Part shown: positions 15,825 to 28,107 of the stretch, one piece after another
How positions within the stretch are numbered: position 1 is the stretch's first letter
Layout: every line of letters starts with the position of its first letter
Source of the DNA: Mizuhopecten yessoensis
Taxonomy: Eukaryota
Assembly: GCF_002113885.1 (NCBI RefSeq)
Contig: NW_018404492.1
Span: forward strand, 4,125,609 to 4,189,608
Direction: 5' to 3'
Length of the DNA: 64,000 nucleotides
Position numbers and translations under genes: made by a program
The notes under the pieces: model-generated
The model's database searches: none
The model's input: only the letters and a program-made list of their open reading frames with translations
What the model was told of the DNA's origin: nothing

Positions 15825-17679
15825 CGACGACAAAAGGGCGCACGGACGATGTCCTTCATGATGTAACTCACGATACTACAAGAACCTCATCTCATTCTTC
15901 TTTCGTTTAGCATTCATGCGTATTATTTACACAATACAGCCATAAATATATTATTCGGCAGCGTCATATCTGTGTGTTAATTTAACATTAGGTTTATTCC
16001 AGATATTTCGACCTATGGCGCATTGTAGAATTGCTCGTAAACAACGTTTCAGAAGAGTTTGCTAACGAATCTCATTACGTGGCTCATGAGGTTGCACCTT
16101 TATCCCCCCTTGGGCTTTTATCACTATTAAGTTGTTCATTTAGAAATGTCTGGAATGGTTATGCTAACGGCACTACGCATTTTTTTTTTTTTAACTTTTA
16201 ACGATATTACCATTGAAAGAATCCTTATATTGTTCAACGCTAAGAACTATACATTTTATTGCAATGTAACCAACCATCATTACTGAAGTCAAATAAATCC
16301 TCTGCTTCCTTAAATGTTGTTTTCTGATCTGAACATTATCTCGTTACTAATCACCCGCATAGAAACATTGCCTATCTCTTAGTGCACGGAGACTTGCCTA
16401 TAAGCACTCCTTCATCTACAGTAATACTTTCCTCTGCTCCCTTTTGTCAACTGATTAATATGCACACGATACCCGCCAGAGTGTGTGCTTCCTGCTTACT
16501 TTGTCACTGTGTCGTCGTCATCCGTTTTCTAGAACCACTCTTTGGATATGTTTATTATATGTGAATGTTTTGCTCATTAAAATGTCTCGTGGATCCGTTT
16601 TTACTATCACGGTGTTCGCTTCAAGAACGTGACGACAATTACCATTCCAGTACACCTTGTATTATTTCCCATGTAATGATTCAGGGTATCCGTGTACATT
16701 TCTGCTTTGTTCATATATTAATCTAGTGTCATTGATTTTACTGTATATGACAATTTCTTGAATGCTATTAATAAGAATATGGACCAAAGAACAAAGATAG
16801 ATAGCACCGGCACATCAATACAAACGATTATTAGTGTTACTGTGTTTTAGTAAAAAGAAAACCCTCTAATTTCAGAATATCCGGAAATAATTCAATATTC
16901 TAGGGTTTTTAATTAAGCAAAAAGACACAAATATTATAAATACTTGATACGTACATAGCGTTAGATGACAAAAAGTATAACAAAGTATAAAACAATTGAA
17001 AATCTTTGGTATTGAATCCGTTTTACAGTAGACGGTAACGTTCCATTTAGCCTTGAATCCGAAGTAATGAAGACGAATGCTGTTGTTGGCTTTCTAAATA
17101 TAGTGTTGGTCATCTCTCCTACCACCGCCTTGTTTGTTATGTGATATGTCGCAATCCGTCCCCGACCATTTAACACCAACTTACTAACGACATAGTAACA
17201 TGGGTGTAAATCTGGACTCTGCTAGTGACATATTTGTCAAAGTCGCCTAAGTGTTTGTTGTCCTTACCTCACTCTGTAAGGCGCTTGTATGACCTCCTGA
17301 AACATTTGTAAGTAATAGTTGCTGTCATTGTGCAAAGCTGTCGCGAATTTGTTCCTTAGTGACCTTAGCCCAGCATCTTTTGTAGACATATTCATCAAAG
17401 AATTTCAGTATGGCGATGGATCTAGCGACGTATGGGACAAACGCTAAGCTTGTCCAAGGACACTGAAAGCATGTACATTGTATTAAGTACGGATTTAAAC
17501 AATTACTTGCACTCGACTTGTAATGTAAGTCCTCTCCATAGCATAGGGTCTGTCTGACCATAGAGCACGCTAACCGATTAGTATGAAACAAGTGTTTTGT
17601 ATTATGTAAAAAGCGGCGAGTTCAAATAAATAATTACACACACGTAAAATTAGAGACATTTCTTACAACCTAAAACACA

Positions 17680-17857
17680 TTTTAAAACCTTTAAAACATT
17701 TCAGCACATACATACACAGAAATGTTGCAAACAGATGCATTTGTAACAAAATAGTCTCTTGCAAGCAAGAACGACCCTACAGAAGAAGGTGTTTCAATGT
17801 TTGCGCACTATCGTTCAGTCTTAGTTTACAATTAAGGACAATTAGATTCAAAATGTC
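17680..17857 (-). repeat. 178-bp inverted duplicate of 18832-19009
   Basis: Reverse complement matches 18832-19009 with 2 mismatches seen; 974-bp spacer. Confidence 0.95.
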
Positions 17858-18744
17858 ATCGTTCCTGCATTGCCTGAACAGGAGATATTCTATATCTATA
17901 TTGAATTGAAATTTCCACACAATACATGGTGTCAAGTCTTATTTACCCGTAGAAGAAGCTTGGGGTAGCGGCTGCATACTACCTATACTGATCACCTAGG
18001 ACTTAGGTCAGGGCAGATGTGTAACCGGGTGATTTATGACCGCACTGATACTGTGGTTTGTCAACTCTAGTTATATGGACTTTTTTTTCGAAATTCCGAA
18101 TGATAATAAATACTTTGTATCAAGAAAAAACCTCAAGAGAAGTTTATAGGAATGACTTATTTAAGCCCAAGAGACTTGACTCTAGATCTGGCAAGTAAAT
18201 CTTTTACACATTGCTTACTTCCAAGGCTTTATTTATTGGGTAATGAAACTCGCGCTTGAAATAAAAGATTTGAAATACTTGGCTCATGTATAGGTTTCGT
18301 GTGAATGTTGGTTGGATAGAGGGCAATATATTTTATATTTCCTGTACATCTGGAACACTATGTAATCATTGTATTGCTGGGATAATACATCGTGTTATTG
18401 TGATTTTATAACTTATTTTCATTATAAATCTGCCTATATTTACGCCTTTACAGTGAAATTGAGGGCGATTATACTTTATTGATCTCACTATTCCAAGACA
18501 ATCCTGGCGTCACTGCCTCCAGTCACCTCTACACACTTTCTACAGCATTCAGGTATTCAACTTGACAGTTTGTAAGTTATAATCATGCATTTTTGGGTTC
18601 CCTTCGAGGATGTATCCATCATCCAGTATAAGCTGAAATATGCCTTTCCTCTAACCACAATATAAGCCTAACTTTCGGATTATAATTTTGTACAGTCTAA
18701 TTTCTTATTTAATAGATATTCGTTTATGCCAGTTCAATAACGTT

Positions 18745-20138
18745 TATTTAAGCATTGAACTGTTTTTGTATGATATTTATGATCTATTTGAATGACACAG
18801 CTTTGCAAGCAAACAACATAATGCGTCATAAGACATTTTGAATCTAATTGTCCTTAATTGTAAACTAAGACTGAACGATAGTGCGCAAACATTGAAACAC
18901 CTTCTTCTGTAGGGTCGTTCTTGCTTGCAAGAGACTATTTTGTTACAAATGCATCTGTTTGCAACATTTCTGTATATGTATGTGCTGAAATGTTTTAAAT
19001 GTTTTAAAAATAATAAAAACAGTTCAATACTTATATTTACGTTTTCTCTGCCTCTTATGTTCTTTTTTAACTTATAATTTATAATTAAAATTAAAAATGC
19101 CCGCCTTATCGACAGTCCACACAATTTCGTTCAATAGTTTGAACAGCGTATTGTCGCGTGCTGATTGGCAAACAAAGTAGTACTTTGACATTTTAACAAA
19201 CACTTCAAATTTATTCCACAATTTAGTATCAATACAATTGCGTATGATATGTCTATAGGGTGATTCCAGTTTTTCAATAGAAATCTGAGCTGAAAGTTAG
19301 ATTTGAAATTGTTTCGATTTTCCCCCGGAACAAATTTCGCGCATGGATAAATACAGTGAACACCGTGAATGGGACCTTGACCTCCACGAGGGAGTTATTT
19401 TTGGAAGTTAATTCGAACTTTTCTCTTTGCTCATTTTGTGAAGAATCCAGGCGTGAATGTATTTGTTGATTGTATGGGAACCCGACAACAGTCGGTAGAT
19501 TCTATAACAGCATCGTTATTTGACATGTCGTCTGAAACTGAGGAACCGTGGATCCGAGACGCGTGAAACTGATAGCGTTTGAAGTGAGTGATCTAGCGAC
19601 GGAGCACAGGTTCGTTACAAATGTCTGAAATGACGAATGTTTATGTGTGCTGTGACTTATCAGTAGGTCTGTAACATATGTGTCAGTAGGTCTATAGAAT
19701 ATGTGTATTTCAGACATTTATAACGAACCCCTGTTGATCAGTGCAGTGTAACAGACGATATTTCTGATAAATTGCATGAGCGTTAAAATTGTTTCCATTG
19801 CCGGCATTGGTGTTTTCAACCGATGTGCATTTTGTACGATATTGCAGACCTTGGTCTTGTTTTCGTTGTAATAAAAATGTTTTTTATTTTATTTTTTATT
19901 TTGCACATGAAGTTACAATGACATTATCAAATCTCACAATGCCCAGCGATATTTCAGCAGCCGTCATGTTTATTTACATTGGATATTGTAGTTCCGGTCA
20001 GTGTTGTAATAAATACGCTAAGAATTGTGTCTCGTGCGGCATGGTAATTATGTCTCGTGCGGCATGGTAATTAAAGTCCCATTAACGACACAGCTCTCAA
20101 AGAGGCTATATAGTGGCAATGCCATGCAAATGTAAATA
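18745..20138 (+). mobile_element. Non-autonomous interspersed element, copy 1 (~1.4 kb, unclassified)
   Basis: 19015-20138 is the reverse complement of 34179-35266 (about 93-97% identity in two 60-bp blocks checked, plus indels). Ends TATTTA...TAAATA in both copies; internal 23-bp inverted repeat at 19609-19631/19707-19729; no transposase ORF. Confidence 0.88.
20028..20073. repeat. 23-bp tandem duplication specific to element copy 1
   Basis: TGTCTCGTGCGGCATGGTAATTA x2; single copy at the homologous site in copy 2. Confidence 0.9.
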
Positions 20139-20751
20139 TTATAAAACAACTTATTATTTTAACCTCTATATGGAAACAGCTCGGAAACCTTGATTCTTCT
20201 AAAGTCGTGACATCGACCGTAGATGAGCGTCCGCTAATATACTATCTTACGGCAAAATCGGTACTTCGTGATCCAAGGGAAGTGCACGTACGAACATCTT
20301 CAGAAACCCAAGCACGACTTAGACGCTTTTAGTATACGCGTTTTTTTTATCAATGAAATTAAATAAAATGTATGTACATAAAATGTCACTTCTTCATCCC
20401 CTACGAGAACAGGCAGAAGGTCTGGCGGGAATGGCGTTTGCCTTGTAAGACAATATTGGTAATAGGGCAGAAAGGGTGTGTCGTGCTGGTGTCAGCAAAG
20501 TGGTCAGACATACAGACATAACGATGCAGTTATATAGGGGAGTAAGGTAGGTTTAGAAAAAAAATGCTATGGTAGTAGGAACATAATTCCAAATGAAAAG
20601 CAAATTTACAACTACAATGGTACTTTTTGTTTTCCCAATAATTGATCTGGTGAATGTTTATAATTCTAGAATCAACAACCTTTGCCGTCGACTCTTTTCT
20701 AGCGTTTTAACCTGTCTTTATTTGTAATTGAAAATGTTTAATAGCATACGA

Positions 20752-20823
20752 CGCTTGAAGTCGAACTCTGGCTTACTAGCACACCAGGACTAAAACAGTG
20801 TCGACTACTCTAGACCTCACGGC
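20752..20823 (-). mobile_element. Degenerate tRNA-derived (SINE head-like) fragment
   Basis: Minus strand AGCCGTGAGGTCTAGAG (A-box-like) ... GAGTTCGACTTC (B-box-like). Confidence 0.3.
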
Positions 20824-23703
20824 TTACAACAATATACCATATGATAGAATGTATCGTTTGCATGAGTGTGATCTGATAGTACAAAGGTAATGGTCATATA
20901 CATGTACTATAAATAGTGAATAGCGGGCATATAAGAGGAGTTTTTTAAATCTCCAGCTATCATTAATTATTATATTCATTTAGAAAGTTATTGTTAAAAT
21001 TGAAAAACAAATCTTTTCTTTACTAAATTACGAAGGAAATCAACTTGTTTCAAACTTTGCCGTTTCACCCCTTTTTTACCATCAAACATTTAAACATTTC
21101 AATTTGGTCTAGAAGGAGATATTTTCTACGCTCAATCGTTTACGCGCAATACAATATTAAAAAAGGGCAAAGTATGTTCGTGTGAGGAAAACGCAAGAAT
21201 AAGAGAAACGTTAACAACACGACCAGTCATCTAGAGCAAAACAATTAGCAACACCAGTAATTATAAAATAGTGTAACCACAAAGGTTCTGAACAAAATAA
21301 CGATTGCCAACTTTCATAAGCCAACTACAAATTATACTTGAAGCAACATATTCACTTTCACATAGTAGTATTGCGATTTCTTTCAACTCCCTCTCCCTTT
21401 ATCTCCACTTGCGGGCGTTGTATCAGTTATCGGGTGATCCTCAATCAGGATTTGCCATTTTCCCGAATGCTACACGCGACATAAACAATAAAACTTAAGC
21501 CGTCCTTAAGACCACTTAACGTTGTAATAAATGCATAGCTTCATTATTTCTTTGAACTAGGCTTATAAGTTGTTGTCGACAAGAGAAAGCTATTTCCTTT
21601 GATACGCTTCCTGCATTACATCTTTGTGCACAGACATAAGGACGGCGATAAATTTAGACTGCTTCTCGAATCCACTTGACCATTTCGTCTTCAGGAAACT
21701 TTACGTTGGTAACAACAAACACATCCAGATTTGAAGGCCTAACTATCAATGTTCCTATTTCCGATTATTCACGTTCTTGTTATGTAATCGTGGATTGGTA
21801 AAACGTTTTTTGTTGATAGTCGATCAATACTTTGATTTTTATTTTCTCGTTGACTTGTTTAAAGATTTATCGACATCCATATAAATACATGACGTTTTTA
21901 ATGGTTCGTAAATTTATCATTTAATTGCGACTTTGGAGGTTACAGTCGAAAAGAAAATGTACCAGCATTTTGTGGTTATGGTTATGTGTCGACGGTATAA
22001 AATAACATGCTGTCCGTCTGTCTTTCTGACATTTGATATTTGATGTAATGGTATTTGTCCGGAAATTTCCTATTAAACAACCTAACCACTCTGAATGAAA
22101 ATTTCAACTCATCAACCTTATCTTCTGTGTTTTTTCACATGCCTTTCACTCAATGTATTCTTACCTTTTAAGTGATTGATGCAAAATTCTTTGAAAAAAG
22201 GTAGAAAAAAGCAAGTCCCGACCATTACACTTAAACTACCCAATTAAGTACACAGATCAGTAACTCATGCATATGTGCAATCTAGATTGGTTTATGTTTA
22301 GTATGTTTTCCTTTAAAATCGGCATGGTTCTCTTTGAAAACAAATAGAAATAACTTGTTCAGTATCTCTTTGAGCAGTGCACCTGTTAATCGATTACCGT
22401 TTCCAATTCATCACAAAGATCTGTGCCTTGTTTGCGTTTAAACATACCACCTCCTCTAAACGAGATTGATTCCTATCTGGTTCAACATAAGCTAACAATT
22501 AAGTTCGTTGCGATCTTGTAGGAATACTAAACATCATTAATTATTATGAAGTTATAATTGTCTAACAAGTAAACTGTTCCTTTTTTTTTGTCCATGCAGG
22601 GCAGACATATACAGGTATATGGAAGAGCAGGAAGTTCTCAATAGTCTCTGCCTTACAGTTCATGATTAACCGTTCAACATTACTTAGTTATATACGTACA
22701 CGCATCGGTTTAACCCATGTCTGAAATGAGTTTGATTTGTACAACGGATGCGACTTTGTGACTAGTATAACTAGGCCTAGACTAATGCCATGTATCTCAA
22801 AGGGAATGAGCTTGCAAATAGACTGTATTTTTGTACACAAAATGTGTTAATTACAGATGTATGTAAGCTATAAAACGTCTATTTGTTTTCCCGGGCGCTG
22901 TCGCTGCCTGCTTGGTTAAATTAGATAACGAGATATACATGTTAGTGACTGTCATGCAGCCAGTAGTATACTTATTATCATACAAAATATGTGTCGGGTA
23001 ATTATGCAGGCGCACTGATACATGCTCTCTCAGTGATCGGCTTCACAACATCAGGCTGTTTTGTTGATGATATCAACATCTACTGTGGAGAACTAATTCG
23101 TAAATAAGCTTCATCCTCTCCGAAATCTTATTGTCTGTGCAGGTTAACTAATGCAGATTTTGCGCATTTCTAACAAACTTCTGTATCAAAGGACCGCAAT
23201 ACATCATGCAACATCAATATTCATTAGTGTAGCGTTTGTTCTAAACTGAAAGGATACGAGGTATTTATAGCACAATTAAGATAAAAAGTGAAACCAATTT
23301 ACCATGTAAGGGTTTTCTTCTCTAATAAACGATTGCTGTAACTTTAATGTGCAACGTCTACTTTACCAATGACTATATCTACTTTGAATACAAACAAATA
23401 AAGGGTCATGGTTCACGTTACAGATAACTACTGATGAATATCATGTTTCCGATTAAGTTCGTTCGTTGGAGATATAATAAAGTTGCACTAGATGTTTGGA
23501 ATATCAACTTTAAACATAAACAGGTTTATCACATTATGTACTGTGCTTTCCTGTGAATATACCCATGTCATATTATTTTGCGTATTAACCCATGTAATAT
23601 GACCTATCAGCCCTGTTATAAGTTTCAATTGTTTCAATTGTGATGTCACGCCTAGGACAAGTACATGACGTCACAGGCTTACGAACTTGGGTCAAAATGG
23701 CGG

Positions 23704-23892
23704 CTTTTCACGTTTCAAGGTTGCATGAAAATTGTCGTTTTACACGAATAAATGCCACAAATCTTGAGTATGTGATACATGTACTAAGGATCTTACAAAG
23801 GTCTTTTCACATTTCAATGTTGCATGAAATTGTCGTTTTACACGAATAAAAATCACAAATCTTGATTTTGTGATACATGTAATAAGGATCTT
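23704..23892. repeat. ~99-bp direct duplication (2 copies)
   Basis: CTTTTCAC(G/A)TTTCAA(G/T)GTTGCATGAAA...TAAGGATCTT at 23704-23794 and 23803-23892. Confidence 0.9.
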
Positions 23893-24033
23893 GAACTCGT
23901 TTTCATTTCGTAAGAAATTTATGAAACTCGTCACGAAGTTAACATTTTAGCTCGTAAGAGGCTCGTTAAATTAAAAATATTCTTAAGATTCGTTTCATAA
24001 ATCTCATATGAAATGGAAACTTATGTTAGATCC
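23886..24033. mobile_element. Fold-back (MITE-like) element adjoining the 99-bp duplication
   Basis: 42-bp arms GGATCT...ATTTATGAAAC / GTTTCATAAAT...AGATCC, 32/42 complementary. Confidence 0.65.
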
Positions 24034-24746
24034 CACAATGTATATAAAACGACTGCCTTTTGCTGGTGTTGAACTCAGTGTGGTCTGAGAACAGCAGAAA
24101 TGTATCGTGGCGTCTGATTTAGCTTTATTAACCATGCATTGTATCTAGAAATCGTGAGCACAATTTGTTATACGAGTTGATGACCTTATTTCCAATCCAT
24201 AAACTCTAGTGTTATGGATTAAGACTTATTGACCATATCTTAGAGAATGTCACCAATATACAATCCAGGATTTTCGAAACCCACATACCATCCAGTATTT
24301 GATAGGGAGATATCATGCAAGATGTCACATATTCGGTGTTGAACACATTTTCCCTTCAGAAAGCCCTGGCTTCGTACCCAACTTTGTTTTTTATCAGGAT
24401 AATGTGAATTAGGGATATTTCTCATCTAAGCATTGTCTTCAATAAGCGTTGCTAGTACTTCGACATTTTAAGCGATGCCTTACCACCATCACCTAGGATA
24501 CAGTCTTCCTATGACCTATGACCTTAGCTGTTACATTGAGATTCTTGTCTTTCTGGGTTTTTTTTTGTCTTCTCAGGTATTGTTGGTGTTTATTCACAGA
24601 TGTTTATTCCACATTTGTCTTGGTTTGTAAATGGTATGGTATGTTTGGTATCTATTATTTTTTGTACATGTTTGAAGTATAGATATTGGGCGCTAAAAGG
24701 TAAAATCTTAATTTCCATGTCCACAAAATCATAACCAATTTTTGTA

Positions 24747-24764
24747 CCCCCCCCCCCCCCCCCC
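24747..24764. repeat. Poly-C tract (C18; G-quadruplex-capable on minus strand)
   Basis: Read directly. Confidence 0.9.
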
Positions 24765-26184
24765 AAATGTTTGATTAGTATATATTTCACAGTCAGTATT
24801 AAGCTTTAAAGGATACATTATTCCTGGCATCATCGACTAAAATCGTTTTAAACTCATACAATACTGTGCGATGATAAACAGTGACCCTGACACTTATTAC
24901 AGGTATGATTTTACACTGCATGTAACAAACGTTATATTATCAGAAATTTACATGAAAACGACGTTCTGTCTCCTCAATATTCGTGACTATTAACATCCCG
25001 TAAAGGTCGGTAACGTATACGCCATATCGTCGGTATACCGATCATAACGATCTAACGAGATAAACCTTGATCTGACATGTAAATCATCGTCCCGAGATGA
25101 CAGCAGAGATGAGATTTGAGATAATAATTATCCGTGCTGTCAATGTCAGTAGTCTATACTAGTATGTGCACGACGCTCAGACACTATACATTATGTAGGT
25201 TCTCGGTTAATGCTGAAATACCGTTCCTCTCATACCGTACATATCCACATAACATATATATTCAGTAGAAAATAATGCAATTTGCATGCATTTTTCGGCT
25301 TTATGTCAATATGTTCTTTTAAATAATTCAACAAAAGAGTTGTAAGGAACTTGTATATTATCAATCTCAAAGCACCAAACAGCAAATGCTCCTGTAAATG
25401 CCAGCTTGGTACAAATTAAATATTGCGATCAACCTGCGTTATTCATACTCTTGCCAAAAAAAATCCCAATAATATGTATACAAATGAAATATGCTTATAA
25501 TTCCTTATTTATATTGATATCTGATGGGACAAGGGGCTGTGGATATTTTTAACCACGCGCTAATGGACACATGGGAAAAATTGAATCCAGTTATAAGTTT
25601 CTACCACAATCAAGCACTAGGCTTTTGTAAGCAATGGCATGGATATTTGATTAAGTTCAGACCATGTGTACCCACTATATGGTCAAACCGTTACAGAAAA
25701 AATCCATTAAAATGTGCAAAACCATCAAAGGGTATGCATAGCTGTTTAAACATGGTTCCATATCGGAAACTAACACCTATGTTGAATAACGAAACTGATA
25801 TTATTAACATATGCCAACGGCAAGAAAAACAGTAAATAAAATAGGTAGTGAATAATAGCGGCATGTTCAGAGCAAACTGCAATTAAAGCGTATAATTAAA
25901 CCTTAAATCTACGAGGTCAGTGTCGACATCCAATCCGAAGACATCAGTTTTATGTTTTAAAGTCATTCGAAGTCTATTATAGCGTTAATCGTACAAGCTT
26001 TACTTCCTGGTGTACCTAAAACAGAGGGTAAAAGGGATACATTTACAAGAGTGCAATATTTGATTCAGTGGTAGGTATACTTTAGTCATCCATGAATATA
26101 CAGTAGTATACATTTTCAACCTTCCTTTATTGCTTTCAATATACAATACGTTCACATCTGTATGTATATCCTCCAGGTTAATTA

Positions 26185-26358
26185 CAGTTATATCTCAACA
26201 TAATGCCCCCTCGTTTACTGCCACCATATTTCAATGTCCCTTTTTCTCGTTTTTTTTGCCAGAATTATTTTATACAATTTCTTCATTTTATCGCCAAACC
26301 TCTTGATAATGCCAAAATATCTCATGACACATAATGGCAGTATAATGAGGTTTGACTG
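26185..26358. mobile_element. Tc1/mariner (pogo/Tigger-like) MITE
   Basis: TA|CAGTTATATCTCAACATAATGCC ... GGCAGTATAATGAGGTTTGACTG|TA; 19/25 inverted match including the TA TSD; CAGT...ACTG termini. Confidence 0.7.
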
Positions 26359-27387
26359 TATTTTAATTTGTGCTTAAGTCATGTAAACTGTTCTAACCGT
26401 TGATATGTATGTATCAGGAGTGACACCATTGGGTACTGGCGAAGAGGAAATTTTCGCGTTAAAAAACAATTCAAATAACAAACCACAATGTGGAATTTGT
26501 CTTGTCGAGAATGGTTCCGATTACGATTCATCTTTGTAGTGTGTAACATTTTCACGCTTATTTATTAAACGCAAAGTCTGCGAGCCTTCCAAAACTGACA
26601 TAATGTCGTCTAAAGTAATTGCATTGATGAAATGTGATGCCTAAATGACTTTTCTATTAGTGTGATGATACATTTCTGCTTAGAATGCGTGTAGTTTTAT
26701 TTGTTTGTTTACAATCAAGGAGTATTACGAACAACAAAAAACTACATATATATTTTGAATGTCTGTATCAGACATGTTCCGATATGCATTCCTCACTTTA
26801 AAGAAAGGTAAATCCACATGGTGTTATACCAATGATTAAAACATGTACACTGTGGTCAAAGGTCAGCGCTCGCTATCAGACAGTCCATGTACTTTGGAAG
26901 CAGACAAGTGGATGTACGATTGTACATCACATTTATTCCATACTATCGATTTTTTTTGTTTTAAAATTCTGAACATTTCTGGTTTTGTCATTTCCATTAA
27001 CTTTGACGGTGGCAAACCTAAAAGGTAACAGCTGTTTGACTAGGAAGGAATTATTGCTGTTCTTTTGTATACATATCTTATTTATTGCAATGACAAATAT
27101 TTACAAGATAATTAACGAAATCAAATGAAGCTTCTCGCTCAAACGTGTCTTATTTCCAAAGAGGTTTGCATGGTAAAAATAGACATTTATTAAATAGTTT
27201 TCCTTTGGGCTCTCATTTTTATGCCACAGTTTATGACGCGTTTCTTTGAAAATGGACACTGTTCTCTGCGGCCCCGTGTTTACTGTTGTGGCTAAATATT
27301 ATTCTCCTTTCAACAGTACCAATAATACACTATGCCTCAAACAAAGAATCAGTTCTTGTTTACCAGCGGAAATGCCTTTTAACCACC

Positions 27388-27577
27388 TATTCAGTCTTTG
27401 CGTATTGCAGAGTTATCTTCTCTTGTGAGCAGGTATTGATTGTTACGTCACTTATTTGTGAAAATAACGTCATCAATTTTTGAGAAATCGACGCAATTTT
27501 CTCGCACAAACCAATGACGTAACAATCAATACCTGCTCCCAAGAGAAGATAACTCTGCAATACGCAAAGACGGAATA
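27388..27577. mobile_element. Young fold-back MITE (190 bp)
   Basis: 63-bp arms 27388-27450 / 27515-27577, 61/63 complementary; interior is also an imperfect palindrome; TA at both ends. Confidence 0.9.
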
Positions 27578-28055
27578 ATATATTGCATGTTTAACAATTT
27601 GACGTTATTTGAAGCTCGTGTCTAATAAGGGATGAAATAATTGTATATCAACTTAACTGATCTTCATAGAAAATTACAAATATAAATCATTTCATATAGC
27701 TGGTTGATTTTCTACAAAACAAAGATACAGAAAGTGACATCAGCAACATTTATAATACCTACGATAAACTGGTCGGTTTATCAGTTAGTCATGATATTTG
27801 GCATATTTTGATATTTTTGAATCTTTTATCTTGATTCTCATAAAAATACACTCTTAGAAGATATTTCTAAATTTGTTTTTAAGAAATCTGATTAAATAAA
27901 TAATGCCATGTTATTTTACAGATACATAAAAACACGATTTCTAAACTTGATACTATATGAAATTCTGTTTTTGGATCCGCACATAAGAAATGTTGTCATT
28001 ACGCCAAGTAATCAGATATATTTAAAACAAGGTCGACTGTCTCATGATATTTTTT

Positions 28056-28107
28056 AGCACAGAGATGTATATACATGTTGAAGCACAGAGATGTATATAC
28101 ATGTTGA
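28056..28107. repeat. 26-bp exact tandem duplication
   Basis: AGCACAGAGATGTATATACATGTTGA x2. Confidence 0.92.

Noticed and set aside
15422-15871. Longest ORFs (149, 103, 87, 78 aa) with repeated peptides such as MYDRTIKKDTRT
   Set aside because: By-products of a stop-poor 36-bp tandem repeat, open in several frames on both strands
16315-16637. Another possible solo LTR (TG...CA, TATAAG, ATTAAA)
   Set aside because: No TSD and no convincing inverted termini
19789-20070. Paralogous ORFs MFPLPALV... here and at 34273-34497
   Set aside because: Similarity comes from the DNA repeat; frames diverge after indels, TTG start, no known domain
21600-21730. THAP-like remnant on minus strand (KFPEDE..KWI..YVC)
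   Set aside because: Requires several frameshifts and lacks the conserved His; chance level
25524-25835. 103-aa ATG ORF
   Set aside because: No recognisable domain or splice support; length within chance range for 64 kb
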